A stretch of 64,000 bases of DNA. Origin: Callorhinchus milii. Lineage: Eukaryota. Positions 12,830 through 25,422 of the stretch are shown piece after piece. Position 1 is the stretch's first letter. Each line of letters starts with the position of its first letter. The position numbers and the translations under genes were made by a program. Location: positions 14,076,001 to 14,140,000 of the forward strand of contig NW_024704743.1 of assembly GCF_018977255.1 (NCBI RefSeq), in the 5' to 3' direction. The notes under the pieces are model-generated. The model ran no database searches, was not told the DNA's origin, and worked only from the letters and a program-made list of their open reading frames with translations.

Positions 12830-13600
12830 CTCCTGATTTGGCTCGTGCCAGCACCTCAGGTACTGGCAGCATCAGCATCAACGGATGCACACTCCACCTC
12901 ACCGAGCCAGTCAGGAACCTAGGAGTCTTATTCGACCGTCGCCTGTCCTTTCTCCCCCACATCCGTGTCCGTGCCATGACCTGCTCTGCCTTCCCCCACC
13001 TCTGCAATATTGTCCGACTCTGCCACTGCCTCGCCTCTCAGGCCACTGAAACCCTCATACATGCCTTTATTACATCTAGGCTTGACTATGCCAACTCCCT
13101 GCTTGTCGGTCTTCCCAACTCTTCCCTTCATAAGCTGCAGATCATCCAGAACTCTGCAGCTCGTGACCTCTCCCACACCAGGCTCCATGACCCTATCACA
13201 CCCAGCCTCCACTGGCCATTTAAAATTCTTGTCCTCACCTCACCTCTGCGGCCTTGTCCCCTCCTACTTCTCTGACGTGCTAACCCCTTATAAACCTGCC
13301 CGTTCCCTTCGCTTAGCAGGCTCCGGCCTGCTCCATGTCCAGCCCGTCCCACCATCGGCGGTCGGGCTTTCAGACTGCCCCACCCTCTGGAACTCCATCC
13401 CACATTCCCTTTGCCTCGCTCCTCTGTTGCCTCCTTCAAGGCATGCCTCAAGGCCCTCCTCTTTGACCGTGCCTTTGGCCACCCTCCTACCCTCTCTGCC
13501 CCTCCACTCCCCCGCTCGTTGATAATCCCTGACTGTTCAGCGCATTGGGACGTCCTCTCAACATGAAAGATGTTTTACAAATGTAATTTTGTATTGTACT
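12830..13600 (+). mobile_element. L2-clade LINE 3' fragment
   Basis: VRNLGVLFD...SRLDYANSLL...LQIIQNSAAR; starts about 30 nt after an LRRFIP2 donor. Confidence 0.92.
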
Positions 13601-15149
13601 TGGTGTAAAGTTTCTATGGCAGTTTTGTGCATCTTAAAGAACACTGCCAAACTCTGAGCTTTGGGACATTTTCCCAAAGGAAAAAGCACTCTACTAATGT
13701 AAATCTACTAACGTAATGTAAATCGCTGTACTGGTGCATTGTAGTTTCTGATTGGACATTATAGGATACAGTGGGTTGCAAATCTGGTATTTGTTATTTT
13801 GTGTAGAGGTATGGCAATGTTTTGGTTTGCCATCTATTGAGTAATCAAGAATTTAGATTGAAACATTGGGCTTTCTATGTCAGTATGCACAGGGATTGTG
13901 TTTTTTTTAAAATTGCGGTAAAAGCAGGTTAACATAGACTGTACCAAAAGAAAACAAATTGCTGTTTGTTTAGTTCAGTAGCTAGAAAGTGCTTTTATTT
14001 TGTACACATTTCATTTGAATTCAGTCAAATGTTATGTTTTTCCAATGTACAGATCCACAGTGGGTGGCAGCCCTTTGACCTTTCTTCACTTATGACTGTG
14101 GACTGAATTTTGTCAGGCTACTGAACTATCAAACATTATTGATTCAACTTTATTGTGGAAAATGCTGAACTTTAGTGTTTTTGTATGGTACTATATTTAG
14201 ATGACAATATATTAAGCGTCAGAAATTGGCTTGGGTACATTGTTCTGACGCATGGATGACAGCAGAGTAGATCACAGTTTAATTTTGAATTGAGCCATAC
14301 CAAAAGAGTCTGAGCTATACGTTAGGCTTGCCGGTGTCTCATTTTGATCGGTAAAAGTCAATGTTTGAAGTTTTTTTTCCAATTGTCTCCAAATCGAGGA
14401 AAATTTACTTCCATGGCTTATTATTTTTCATGTTTTGAGCTATGTCATACGCTCACCAGAATTGCGGCTTCCTGTGCATGTGTGCAGTGCAGAGGCAGTG
14501 CCTTCAGTGTAGAACCATAGGAATTGACATCATAGAAGAAGGCCATTTAGCCCTTCTGTGTTTAAAGGGCAATCCTGTGTAAGTGAGTTGGCGGTGGCTG
14601 ATGTTTTAAGGACGTTGCCTGCCCACGTGTATTGTGTAGGAAGTGAAGTTGGTTATGGCCTTACCACCTGTAAATCAGCCATTTTGAGGTGGAAGAACTC
14701 TATTTTTTAAATATTCAGTATGAACAATCAAGGGAAAATATACGTTGATCTTATCCATCTTATCTAAATTCGAATAATCTAAATCTGACAAATCTGTGTA
14801 TAATCTGTGTTTGAATTCTGTTTTGACACAATCCAGAGTTTTCAATGGGGGAAAGATTGAAAATAAGGTAAATGAAGCAGGTTATTTGAGCAAAGTTAGA
14901 CAGTACACTAAGCAGAGTATCTACATCAGTAGCTACTAAATATTTCTATTGAATTGACATTCTGTTGTCTTATTTCTAAATCTTGCAACGCAACTTCTTG
15001 TTATGCTCATTTTATTCCACTTCTTTTTAAATTCTCAATGCATCTTTTTTTCCTTTTCCTTCTGTCTCTTGTGTTGATTTCTCTTTCGCCAATTTCCTCC
15101 CCTCATCCTGCCACGGCCTCCTGCTGCCACCTCTGACCCTGTCCTGTAG

Positions 15150-15242
15150 GAGAACAAGTGCATGCAGCAAAGGGTGGACACCCTCACCAGGGAAGTATTT
15201 GATCTGCAGGAAACTGTCATCTGGAAAGACAAAAAAATTGGG
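15150..15242 (+). CDS. LRRFIP2: LRRFIP2 93-nt exon ENKCMQQRVDTLTREVFDLQETVIWKDKKIG
   Basis: tag/gtagga; homologous to human EVFDLQETLLWKDKKIG; not in the ORF track. Confidence 0.93.
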
Positions 15243-16299
15243 GTAGGATAGTCGAATGGAGCATCAGGAATGTGACTGCATGAGATCTCTTTGGTTTCTT
15301 GGTTAATTACTGCATTAGCGATTTCTGCTTCTGCCAATGAATTGTTGTCTGCATGTCTGCCAATTATAAGGTCTGATATGCAGGGAATCAGAGCTGGTAA
15401 TAGCAACTCCTGCTGCCGATTACCAATGTGTGTCATAGTCAGCCTTCTCCCCCTCCAAAAAAGTAGATTGTGTTAGTAATTTCCACCGGTTGGAGTGACC
15501 TGTTTCCAGTTACTTAGAATCGCTGTTGTTGACTGATCACAAATCACTATGTATTAGTTCCCACAATCCTATATAGGCAAAGTTATCAAATGAAACTGAA
15601 AATGGTTTGATTTCCTCAGCAGATAAGACCAGAGTATGAAAGCAGGAGATAGTAAATGACGAGTGGGTGGCTCCAATGGATAAGCTAACACCAGCATGGG
15701 CCAAATGGTTGCCTCTATTTTGGCAATTCCTATGGTCCTACCTGATACATGAACCTGTCTTTCTCCTTCAGATGGTCATTAACCTGCTGTAGATTTCTTT
15801 TCATATTTCAGAATCTTATCACTCAGTTTTTCTTTATATTTCACCTCCCTGCTGAGAGATCGAAGTCTAAAAATTAGGTTTATTTACCGACCAGTTTGCA
15901 TTTCTGTCTACATTCAGTTGAAGCATGAGATTAAACTTCAATAAAGTGTGTCGAAAGTCTAACTGCATGACTGAAAATGAGGCAAAGGCTAGAGTTTAAT
16001 TGTATGGGTGCATTTTATTCCATTATTAAGTTGCTTGTTTATAATGCATGAGACTGATTTTAATATTTAACAGTTGTGTTTGATAAAGCAGCTGAAAGCA
16101 TGTGAAGGCTTATAAAAGAGTGACAAAACCCGAGACATACTAGTGGAAGCTGAGTATTTAGTTTGCGCTCTTTGCATAGCTTTCCTTTCCCATTTCCTGT
16201 ACTGTCTCCCCTGCTGTTCAAATCTTTGCTGCATTTTACATGCACTTTTTTTTCTTTTCTCTGCCGTGTTCTTTATCCTGCTTCCTATCCTGTGCCTAG

Positions 16300-16392
16300 G
16301 CCCTAGAGAGACAAAAAGACTACTTTGACTGCATTAAGAATGAGCGCGATGAACTGAGAGATGAGTTGGCTGAACTAAGGGAAAAATCGAAG
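16300..16392 (+). CDS. LRRFIP2: LRRFIP2 93-nt exon ALERQKDYFDCIKNERDELRDELAELREKSK
   Basis: long pyrimidine tract + tag / gtagga; homologous to human ALEKQKEYIACLRNERD. Confidence 0.93.
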
Positions 16393-16530
16393 GTAGGAAA
16401 TGCAAGCCATTTTGGCATAGGCTAGGCAGTGTTCTTTGTCCAAGTTTGGGATCTGAAAACGTTCTAATTAAACTCGGTCAGCATTGGGGTAAATGCAACC
16501 TGTAACCATTTTTTTCAACAAAAACTCGTG

Positions 16531-16915
16531 TGGAGTCCTGTAGCATAGTGGTTAGAGCACTCGCTTCGCAGGCGAGAGGACTCAGGTTCGATCTTCGGGG
16601 AGGGCGAAAATTTAGCTACGTTTCCTTACGCCACACACATCTGTTTATCTAGCAGTAAATAGGAACCTGGTTGTTCGTCGATTGGCGGATCGCTTTTCTG
16701 AGGTCATAATCCCTATAAAAAATAAATAGAAAAATTAAAATAATTTGATCATTCAATCCACGACTGTTTGTGGGACACATCTGTGTTCAATTTGCTGCTG
16801 TGTTTCACCCACCAAATGAACAGTCAATTCACTTTACAGTATATATACTATGAAGCACTTTGAGACGCCTCAAGGATGTGATAAGATGCTGCATCAAATG
16901 CAAGTATTATTACTA
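16531..16915 (+). mobile_element. tRNA(Ala)-headed SINE, family A, near full length
   Basis: A-box TAGCATAGTGG, anticodon arm ctcgc-TTCGCAG-gcgag, B-box GGTTCGATC, shared tail. Confidence 0.88.
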
Positions 16916-17274
16916 TTAACAATTGAAGGAGGTTAGTGTTTTCTTCCTCAGTCTATTTCTGATGGATGGATATGTGTTTGCATTTGTAACGTATTTTTGG
17001 TATATAAAATGGTTAAGGATGCAGATGGAGCATCGTAATTTCATCCTGTCCATCAATGTCACCTGGAGTAAAATGTTCATATTGTTAATGTGTCCTTCAT
17101 GAAATGGTACCACAGGGGGTTTGTGAGCAAAAATTACTGTGTTTTAAATAGCATCAAGTTCCTGTTCAAATAAGTTTTTTGTTTTGTTTTTGTATTTTTA
17201 AGCCTGTATAGTTTCTGGCTTCCCCTCAAATAAAGTGCTGCTTATTGAAGCATCAGAAAGGATCAAAAGCAAGA

Positions 17275-17620
17275 GTTGGGGCTTTTAACTTGTTTTGGCT
17301 GAGACTCCATTTGTCATGCCGGGACGTACTGAATCATTGGAGGTGTCGTCCTTTCGATGAGGTGTTAAACTGAGGACACATCAGCCTGTTCAGGGGGACG
17401 TTGAAGATCCCATTCGAAAAAAGAAGTTTCTCTAGGTTTCCTGGCCAACAGCCCCCAAATAATAAAAAAAGGTCATTCACTTCATGCCGTTTATGGGACC
17501 TTGCTGTGTGCTAATGGGCTGTCACATTCGTCATAGTAAATCTATACAGTAAATCCTGTGAAGTGCTTTGAGACATCCTCCCGACATAATATGCACTATA
17601 TCAAATGTAAGGATTACTTT
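17275..17620 (+). mobile_element. Deu-domain-type SINE, family B
   Basis: GTGTCGTCCTTTCGATGAGGTGTTAAACTGAGG...GAAGATCCCA...CCTGGCCAACA; shared tail. Confidence 0.75.
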
Positions 17621-18307
17621 TGTTACTATCAGGAAGTTGAAGGTTGTAGAGATGCATTTTTAAAAAAAAAAACTTGTTTGTCTCTTTACTTGTTCCCCTG
17701 TGGTTAATCCTTTGTTGCTTTCAGTAATATTTCAGACATGACTGAAAATAATCAGATCGCTAGTTCAGATTCAAATCTGTCTTTCTCCATTCTACACATA
17801 CTTCTGAATGTAATAGGCAATCGGGGAAAGTTTGAACTTGTTCATCATTGTCTCTTCGTCCCTCCTCCCCCAAGCTCTTCTCCCACATCAACTAGTGAAA
17901 ATGAGTCTCCTTGTCAAACTTTTTATTTTCTGAGATTAACAACAGTCTGTGTCTTTGTGAATAACTACTTCAGTTTTCAAAGATAGTAAGACGATCCGCA
18001 GAACTCATTGCTATTGACCATACAACTCGTGTTAAATGACCATATTCAGTCACTGCATGTTAGAATATATCCTGTGAAGCACTTTTGAGACACCCTGTTG
18101 ATGTGAAAGGCATGTAAAAAAAATACCAGTCTACAGTTGAGTGCAAAATATCCTGGACACCAAAATATGCAACATGCAAATACCATCACATGATGCAGTT
18201 TTGTGTCACTAACAAGAATGTGTACATACATTGGATGAAATAGATTAAATAACTGCTTTAAATTAAATAAACTTTAAGAGAAACTTCTACTATATTGCTT
18301 TAATATT

Positions 18308-18745
18308 TAGTGTGTATATATTGTATGTGTGTGTGTATATAGTGTGTGTGTGCGTATAGTGTGTGTGTGCGTATAGTGTGTGTGCGTGCGTATAGTGTGT
18401 GTGCGTGCGTATAGTGTGTGTGCGTGCGTATAGTGTGTGTGCGTGCGTATAGTGTGTGTGCGTGCGTATAGTGTGTGTGCGTGCGTGTACAGTGTGTGTG
18501 CGTGCGTGTACAGTGTGTGTGCGTGCGTGTACAGTGTGTGTGCGTGCGTGTACAGTGTGTGTGCGTGCGTGTACAGTGTGTGTGCGTGTGTGCGTGTACA
18601 GTGTGTGTGCGTGTGTGCGTGTGGTGCGTGGGTGTGTGTGTGTGTTGCGTGGTGTGTGCGTGGTGCGTGCGTGTGTGTGTGTGATTGTGTGTTGTGTGTG
18701 ATTGTGTGTTGTGTGTGTGTGTGATTGTGTGTTGTGTGTGTGTAT
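18308..18745. repeat. Compound (TG)n/(TGCG) micro/minisatellite with 19- and 21-nt units
   Basis: Tandem GTATAGTGTGTGTGCGTGC then GTGTACAGTGTGTGTGCGTGC; gives spurious ORFs 18290-18841 and others. Confidence 0.97.
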
Positions 18746-18849
18746 TGTGCTGGGTATCCAGAATTCGTACCCTTCCAGGCTGGGTCTGAAACTAAAAATT
18801 AAAGTAAAATTTCTGTAGACCCCTGAACTCGTGGACACCATGTGGCCCG

Positions 18850-18972
18850 ACTCTCCTCACCATCCCCAACTCTCCTCACTGATCCCAACTCCTCCTCCAT
18901 CCCACCTCACCGTCCCCAACTCCCCTCCCCCCCGCCTCACTGTCCCCAACTCCCTCACCCGCCTCACCGTCC
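18850..18972. repeat. C-rich degenerate tandem repeat
   Basis: Repeated CCTCACCGTCCCCAACTCC-like units. Confidence 0.75.
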
Positions 18973-19579
18973 ATTTGAATCCGTTTCTGGGTTCGGTGAT
19001 ACCATTCACTTTGTACTATGGCAATTCAGGTGAAAAGGTGGATAAACAGGTAGATTGACGACAGCCTAACTGCATTTGTCACAGGAAATAGCTTCCCTAC
19101 CAGTTTTCAGCGATGTTGCATCTACAGTATTAGTGACTCAATTTGCTGCAGAGAAAACCCATCTCTTACACCTGGACTCTGTATAATCCAAGTCAATGAA
19201 AATCAGTGGAAGATGGGACCATCTTACTCTATGCTAAAACCAGAACCCCAAGTACAATTCCTCTGAATCTTTCCTGAACTTCAAGACTGAAGATAGAAAA
19301 TGCAAGAGTCCTTGTTATTACCTGGGTTTGATTCCCGGGCAAGGTGAAATGTTAGGAAAGTTTCCTTGCTCCACATGCCTCTGCTCGCCTAGCAGTAAAT
19401 AGGAACCCGGTTGTTAGTCGATTGGTGTAATGCTTTTCCTGGGGTCAAAATATAATTTGAAAAAGCAAGGACCAGAGTACTTGTGAAATACAGTATACAT
19501 CGGATTCTGCCTGTTCTGCCTATGTTTTCAAGTTAAGGCAACTGTACCTTCAATGTGCTATGTATTTACGTGACATCCT

Positions 19580-19940
19580 GTGAAGTATTAGTGAGAGTAC
19601 CAGCCTTGCGAAGTGAGAGGGCTGGGGGTTGATTCCTGGGCTAGGTGAAATGTTGGGCAAGTTTCTTACTCCTCACGCCTCTGTTCACCTAGCAGTATGT
19701 AGGAATCTGGCTGTTAGTTGATTGGCGGGTTGCTTTTCCGGGGGTAATAATTCCTTCAAAAAAAAATATTTGTTCAATCAATCCACCCCTGCTTGTGGGA
19801 CACTGCTGTGTGCAATTAGCTGTCGAGATTCACCCACAAACTATACAGTCAATTCATTTTACAGTGTATTCTGTGAAGTGCTTTGAGACATCTCGAAGAT
19901 GTGATAAGACATTATATCAAATGCAAGGATTATTATTATT
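19580..19940 (+). mobile_element. SINE family A (partial copy also at about 19320-19460)
   Basis: Same body and tail as the 841 and 16531 copies. Confidence 0.85.
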
Positions 19941-20269
19941 TCACGTGGTTCAGTTTATCGTTTCTTTGCTAATCGCAGGCTGATTGCTGATCTTTTGCCT
20001 GTTCTGACAGCAGCAATTATGCTGTTGACTAGTTCAAATATTTTATTCACATTAGCCTTTGTTTTTTTTAATCTGTTTGAGATAGGCTAATGTTTGCCCA
20101 TTTCATAACAGGCAGAACTGGTGAAATGTGTTTATTTGTGCAGGGAGACCATATTTGTTTATGAAACAAGGATGATAAGTGAAAGCTTATTTTCACTGAG
20201 TCTCCTCTGCCTCTATATGGATCTGGTCTTCAAATCTGCTGGGAACAAAATCACAACTGGAGGCTCACT

Positions 20270-20580
20270 GCATTGTTATGGGTCCCATCCTTTGGATGAG
20301 ACATTAATCTGAGCTCCCTTCTTCCTGTTCAGGTGGATGTTAAAGTTCGAAGGCATGATTCGAAAAGAGAAGGAGTTTCTCCTGGTATCCTAGCCAATAA
20401 ATCTTCCAGTTTGGATGATGGCTGGTCATTGGCCTCTTTGTCATTTATAAGATGTTGCTGTGCATAAATTAGCTGTTGCGTTTGCCTACAAATACACAGT
20501 CACTAACTACACTGTATGTAAATTATGTTGAGGTGTTTCAGCGTAAGGGACTATATCCAATACAAGGATGATTATTGTTA
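20270..20580 (+). mobile_element. Deu-domain-type SINE, family B
   Basis: GGATGAGACATTAA...CAGGTGGATGTTAAAG...GGAGTTTCTCCTGG core. Confidence 0.65.
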
Positions 20581-20676
20581 TAAAATGCTTTGTTCCTTAC
20601 GGTTGTAACTTGATTTGCCAGTAAAATATTCAAACACTTATCATACCGATCTGCCCTTTTCGTTTGCTTTTTCCAG

Positions 20677-20809
20677 AAGCACGGCTTGGTGATCATACCC
20701 GAAGGCACACCTAACGGTGACATAAACCACGAGCCAATTGTTGGTGCAATTACTGTTGTGTCCCAGGAGGCTGCTCAAGTGCTGGAAGGTGCAGGAGATG
20801 GACCACTAG
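20677..20809 (+). CDS. LRRFIP2: LRRFIP2 exon [15 protein letters not shown]...[11 protein letters not shown]
   Basis: cag/gtttgt; 133 nt phase 0-1. Confidence 0.96.
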
Positions 20810-21852
20810 GTTTGTCTCCATTATAGTGTGTATACACTGGAGATTTCCACAATCTAACCTGTTCTTGTCTTTCATATTCAATTGGTCGACAGATTTCTAT
20901 ATAATCCAATCCACGTATCGTAGCTTGTAGCATTATCTCTGAAGCAATTCCCTCTTCTCTTTATATTCCTCCATATTCCATATGTAATGGAGACCCAGGG
21001 TAGATCCAAAAAAAAACATTGGAATAGTTTAGATTGTGTAAAATGAAAAAAGTTGTCTGAGGAGCATTGCAATGTTCAAAATGGGGTCTAATGTGTGAGA
21101 TTTGCGAAAGGATTTGTAAATAGCAAATGCTGGATATTCAATGTGAACCTCTGCACTAATCACGGAAGCTGATCTCGGTACTGATTTCCTTGAATTTGGC
21201 ATCCGAGTGGTGTACTAGAGGGTTGACTTCTCCGCACCCAGAGTTTGCTAGTTACAATAACGTATGCAAATATTGCAAGTTAGATCCCCATTTGTCGACA
21301 TTTGGGTTTATTGATGTTGAAAGTGTACAGCTGGTGCTAGTAATGAATGGAGTGCACCGTGTGGTGGGAGCAGTATAGAAGAATTATTGAACCAGCACAT
21401 CTTGTTTTAATGCAGCCTGAGTGAGGTTGGCTGTGCACTTTACAGCTTATCCATCTAGCTCGGTTCAATGTGGATTATTACGTCAGACAGAGAAGCCAGA
21501 CCGATGACTGCAGGAGAGATGACCTGTCAGGAATGGGTGCCTGCTGTTGGTCTGTTTTTTCATAGCCATATTTCTATGCAAGAGCCTTTGTGGAGTCAGT
21601 ACATTAAGCAGCTGCACATCCTCTTCCCAAACACAAGCTGCTGTGGAGCTTCATAGGAAATAAATCTGGTCAAAATTGACTTCTTTTTAAAATTCTCAAG
21701 TCATTTCTCAAAATTACATTTCAAGCTGAAAATCAGAAACGCAGGCACTTCTTTTCATTTTAAGCCTGCAAGGCTGGAACCAGTAGTCTGGAACTAGTCT
21801 GTATATATTTTGTACTGATGTGTGCACTGACGTGCATTTCTTTCCACCGTAG

Positions 21853-21902
21853 ATGTGCGGCTAAAGAAACTGGCTGAAGAGAAGGAGGAGTTGCTCGGAC
21901 AG
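21853..21902 (+). CDS. LRRFIP2: LRRFIP2 exon (D)VRLKKLAEEKEELLGQ
   Basis: tag/gtaatg; 50 nt phase 1-0. Confidence 0.95.
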
Positions 21903-23411
21903 GTAATGAAACCAGTTTGCACACCCCTGGAGTGAAAGAAACTTGGGATAGAAAAAGAATCATAGTCATTAAAAATGGCATTATATTAGTATTTCAGGGA
22001 ATGCTGAATCACGAAACGTACACAAGTCTGGCAATACAGCTGCATGTTAATCATCTTTTTTTGTACCGTTCCTAAAGGAAGGGTTGTTTGAAATTTTTGT
22101 AAATATTTTATTCTGCTTAAAAATAACAAAGTAGTCTGGTGCTAGTCTGTATATATTTGGTACTGATGTGATCGCATGTTTTTTCTCCCGCTAAGTGTAT
22201 GATGGATTCCATACTAATTGCTGCAAGTCTGCAGATCCTCTTATGATAGCATAAAAAGGAATTTTGCCAGTGTGCTGATAGTGTTAATGTATCTAACTTG
22301 GATTCTTATTTATAACTGCTGACACACAAAGATTTATTCCTAAACTATAACGCATCAGAGACCAAAAATTCTTCATGATTTTAGCCTTGAGATTATCATC
22401 TTAAAATTTTAATTTCTAAAAATTCTATGAGTTCCTATGTTTTAAGTCAATGGGGTCAAAATTGTGGTCTTCCTAAACTCATTCCTTAATTATCATCATC
22501 AGGAATAAATAAGGTATTCTTTATTAATTAGGAACTGTCTTTTATACCAGGGTTGGAGCTGAACACCCTCCTGACTTGTGAGAGAATGGTTTCTCCCTCC
22601 CACAGTGAATTTGGCTACCATATTTTTGTAGAAATATGTTTTGATTCACAGCTACTGAAACTGCTTTATAACTTTAAATTTTTACTTTTAAAATTATTTT
22701 TCCAAAGAAACACTCAAAATGCATGGAAAAAGGATATTCAGCCAAACTGGTCTATCCTGGTGTTTATACTCCACACTAGCCTCCACCTCTCCTATATCCC
22801 TCTGTTCCCTTCTCCCTCGTGTATGCATCAATTTTGTTTTAAATACATTGACTATTTGCTTCAACCACAGCTCTGACAATGAGTTCCAGATTCTCACCCT
22901 TGTAGCCCCCCTACCTCAAGTTGAGTAAATACATTTAGAAATGCTGCAATTTTGTCCGTTCATGCTCCTATGGCTAAGACCAATACAACTTCCAGCACTG
23001 GTGTCATTGTCATGTATTATAAGATGGGAATTGTTCATTTAGGGAACTGACAGCTACTAGGGAATTGCTCAAAAATGCAATTTTTGAATATTTATGAAAA
23101 AAGGTGGCTTTGTATGAAGTCAGCAAGGAGCAAATTCCCACCAACTGAGGGCTTGGCATTAACAGACTGCAGTATGAAGTGAGGAGATACTGCAGTATCT
23201 AGTGTGATCAGCTCACACAAGATGATCAATTTGTCCGCATTGTTCTTTATAAACTTGGGAAGCTACAGGAGTTAGCTGTCACTCCACAGTAAAGTTTACA
23301 TATTGCCAACTGTTGAACTTTAATACGAGTAATTACTTAAAATATTGTGCCAGGCAGCAATTGCCTTTTTAGTAGTGTGGTCAGGGCTCACCCTTTTGTT
23401 TGCTTTGACAG

Positions 23412-23532
23412 ATCAGAAAGTTGAAATTCCAGGTGGAAGAGGAACGACAGAAGAACTCTAAGATCGAGAACGTACTGACTGATTCAGACCGACTAGAGAA
23501 TGGCACAGATCTACAGATACTGGAGATGCAGA
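23412..23532 (+). CDS. LRRFIP2: LRRFIP2 exon IRKLKFQVEEERQK...DLQILEMQ
   Basis: cag/gtacgt; 121 nt phase 0-1. Confidence 0.95.
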
Positions 23533-24469
23533 GTACGTTTGCACTCTCATGGCTTGTGCTATGACTGGTTATTGCGCTGTTTACTGAAATGTACGTTGAG
23601 GAATTTGTTTTAGCAGCACCAAGTTCTGAGGGTTTGCTCACGCCCAGCCTTGCAGGATGGAAGGCCACAGCACCCATGTCTTCCCCTAGACCTAGTCCAG
23701 ATCATTATGCAGCTCACAGCGTTGAGCAGAAAGAGTGTCGGAGTTTCAGGCACTGAATTTGCTGAGTTTGAGTAGGTCCTGGAGTGAGGGTAGGGGACTG
23801 GTTGAGAGGATGGGGGTAGGAGATCTGGGCTGGGGTGGACAAGAGAATACTGTTTCCACATGATTTTTGAGAAAGTAATCTGGTTGCTACAAGAATTAAG
23901 CGAGCCTGTCAGCTGTGGGGTTCCCTTGTCCTGCTGCTGCAGTGTGTAGGTCTGGGGATCACACTCACATCATGACTGGGCGAGAGCACAACCCTGGAGT
24001 TGGAGTATAATTTGAAAGATCCTCGCCCTCACACACACATTCTTTCATGTCCTATCACCTCCCTACATTCATGACCTACTCTTAGCCCACTCCACTACTG
24101 CCCGCCCCCCACCTCAATCCCTCTGCCTTCACACCCTCCATCTTTAAATTCAACATTAAGATCAGCCTCTTTGACTGTGTCTATAGTTACTTCTTGCTCC
24201 TCTTTGCTCGGCATCCAATCCCACCAGCGTGCAGCTCTCCGAAATACTATCCTTTGTCAAGGGTGTAAACACAAAATATTGTTGCAATTCTACTGTATTC
24301 TACCAAAATGGTGTCTATTTTGCAGGTTGTGGTAACCAAGAGCACAGAGAAATTTATAGATGCCTTTAATTGTCAATTAAAAAACAGAATCACTTGGAAT
24401 TCCCTCTGTTTAGACAATTTGCATAATACTTCTACTCCAGGATCATCCTGGAGGCCAAGGACAACAAAG

Positions 24470-25422
24470 AAACAAAATTACATTGTATAGCGCCTTTCAC
24501 TTTGGGAGGACATCCCAAGGTGCTGGACAATCAGTATTTCGGACCCGAGCTGCGGGAGGATGGAGGGAAGGAGAGTGATCAAAGGCACGGTTGAAAAGGA
24601 GGGTCTTGATACGGGTTCGTGAAAGAGGCAAGGGAGGGGGCGAGGCGGAGGGACTGCGTGATGAAGTTCCAGAGAGTAGGGGCAGAGTGGCTGAAGGCCC
24701 GCCCACTAATGGTGGGGTGGGTGAGGCGGGACGTGAAGCAGGCCAGAACCTGCTGAGTGGAGGGAGCGAGTAGGTTGGTAGGAGGTTAGGAGATCGCAGG
24801 TAGGGGGGCTACAAGGCCATGGCGAGCTTTGAAAGTGAGGACTAAGATCTTGAACTGTATCCTGTGTGTGATGGGAAGCCAGTGGAGTCAGGCGAGGATG
24901 GGTGTGATAGAGTGGCGGAGCCTGGTGCGGGAGAGGACACTGGCTGCAGAGTTCTGGATGATCTACAGCCTATGGAGGGAGGAGTTGCATAGTTGAGTCT
25001 GGCTGTTATCGGTGGCTTACAGTCTGCAACAGTGGCGGAGCAAGGTTATGTTATGGATATGGGGAAAGGCAGAGTGGGTTATGGCATGGATGTGGGGTAT
25101 GAAGGACAGTTGAGGGTTGAACAGGATGCTGAGGTTCCATATTGGTTCTGTGAGATAGAGTGTAGGGAGATGCTGTCAGCGCCCAAGGTATGGCAGAATT
25201 GACGGGAGCCAAGCAGGAGGGCCTTGGTCTTGTTGACATTCAACTGCAGGAAGTTGGCTCTCATCCAGGACTCGATGTCCATCAGTCGTCTGTGAGGACA
25301 GCAGTGCTTCTGGAATCAAAGGTGGAGGCAGGGAGATAGAGTTGGGTGTCATCCGCATACATGTGGAAGTTGACCTCATGTCTGCGGATGATGTCCCCAA
25401 GGGGGAGCATACAGATATTGAA
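24470..25422 (-). mobile_element. L2-clade LINE fragment
   Basis: HMYADD remnant at about 25350, DIESWMRANFLQLN, 3' tail. Confidence 0.9.

Noticed and set aside
16393..16407. Possible alternative GC donor adding 3 codons, like the human TGE extension
   Set aside because: AAT/gcaagc is a poor GC donor context; no support from the sequence alone.
16531..16600. tRNA-like sequences (also at 841, 44190-44262, 63890-63960)
   Set aside because: No acceptor stem; each continues into a SINE body and tail, so they are not tRNA genes.
18290..18841. His/Thr- and Cys/Val-rich ORFs
   Set aside because: Translations of the TG microsatellite.
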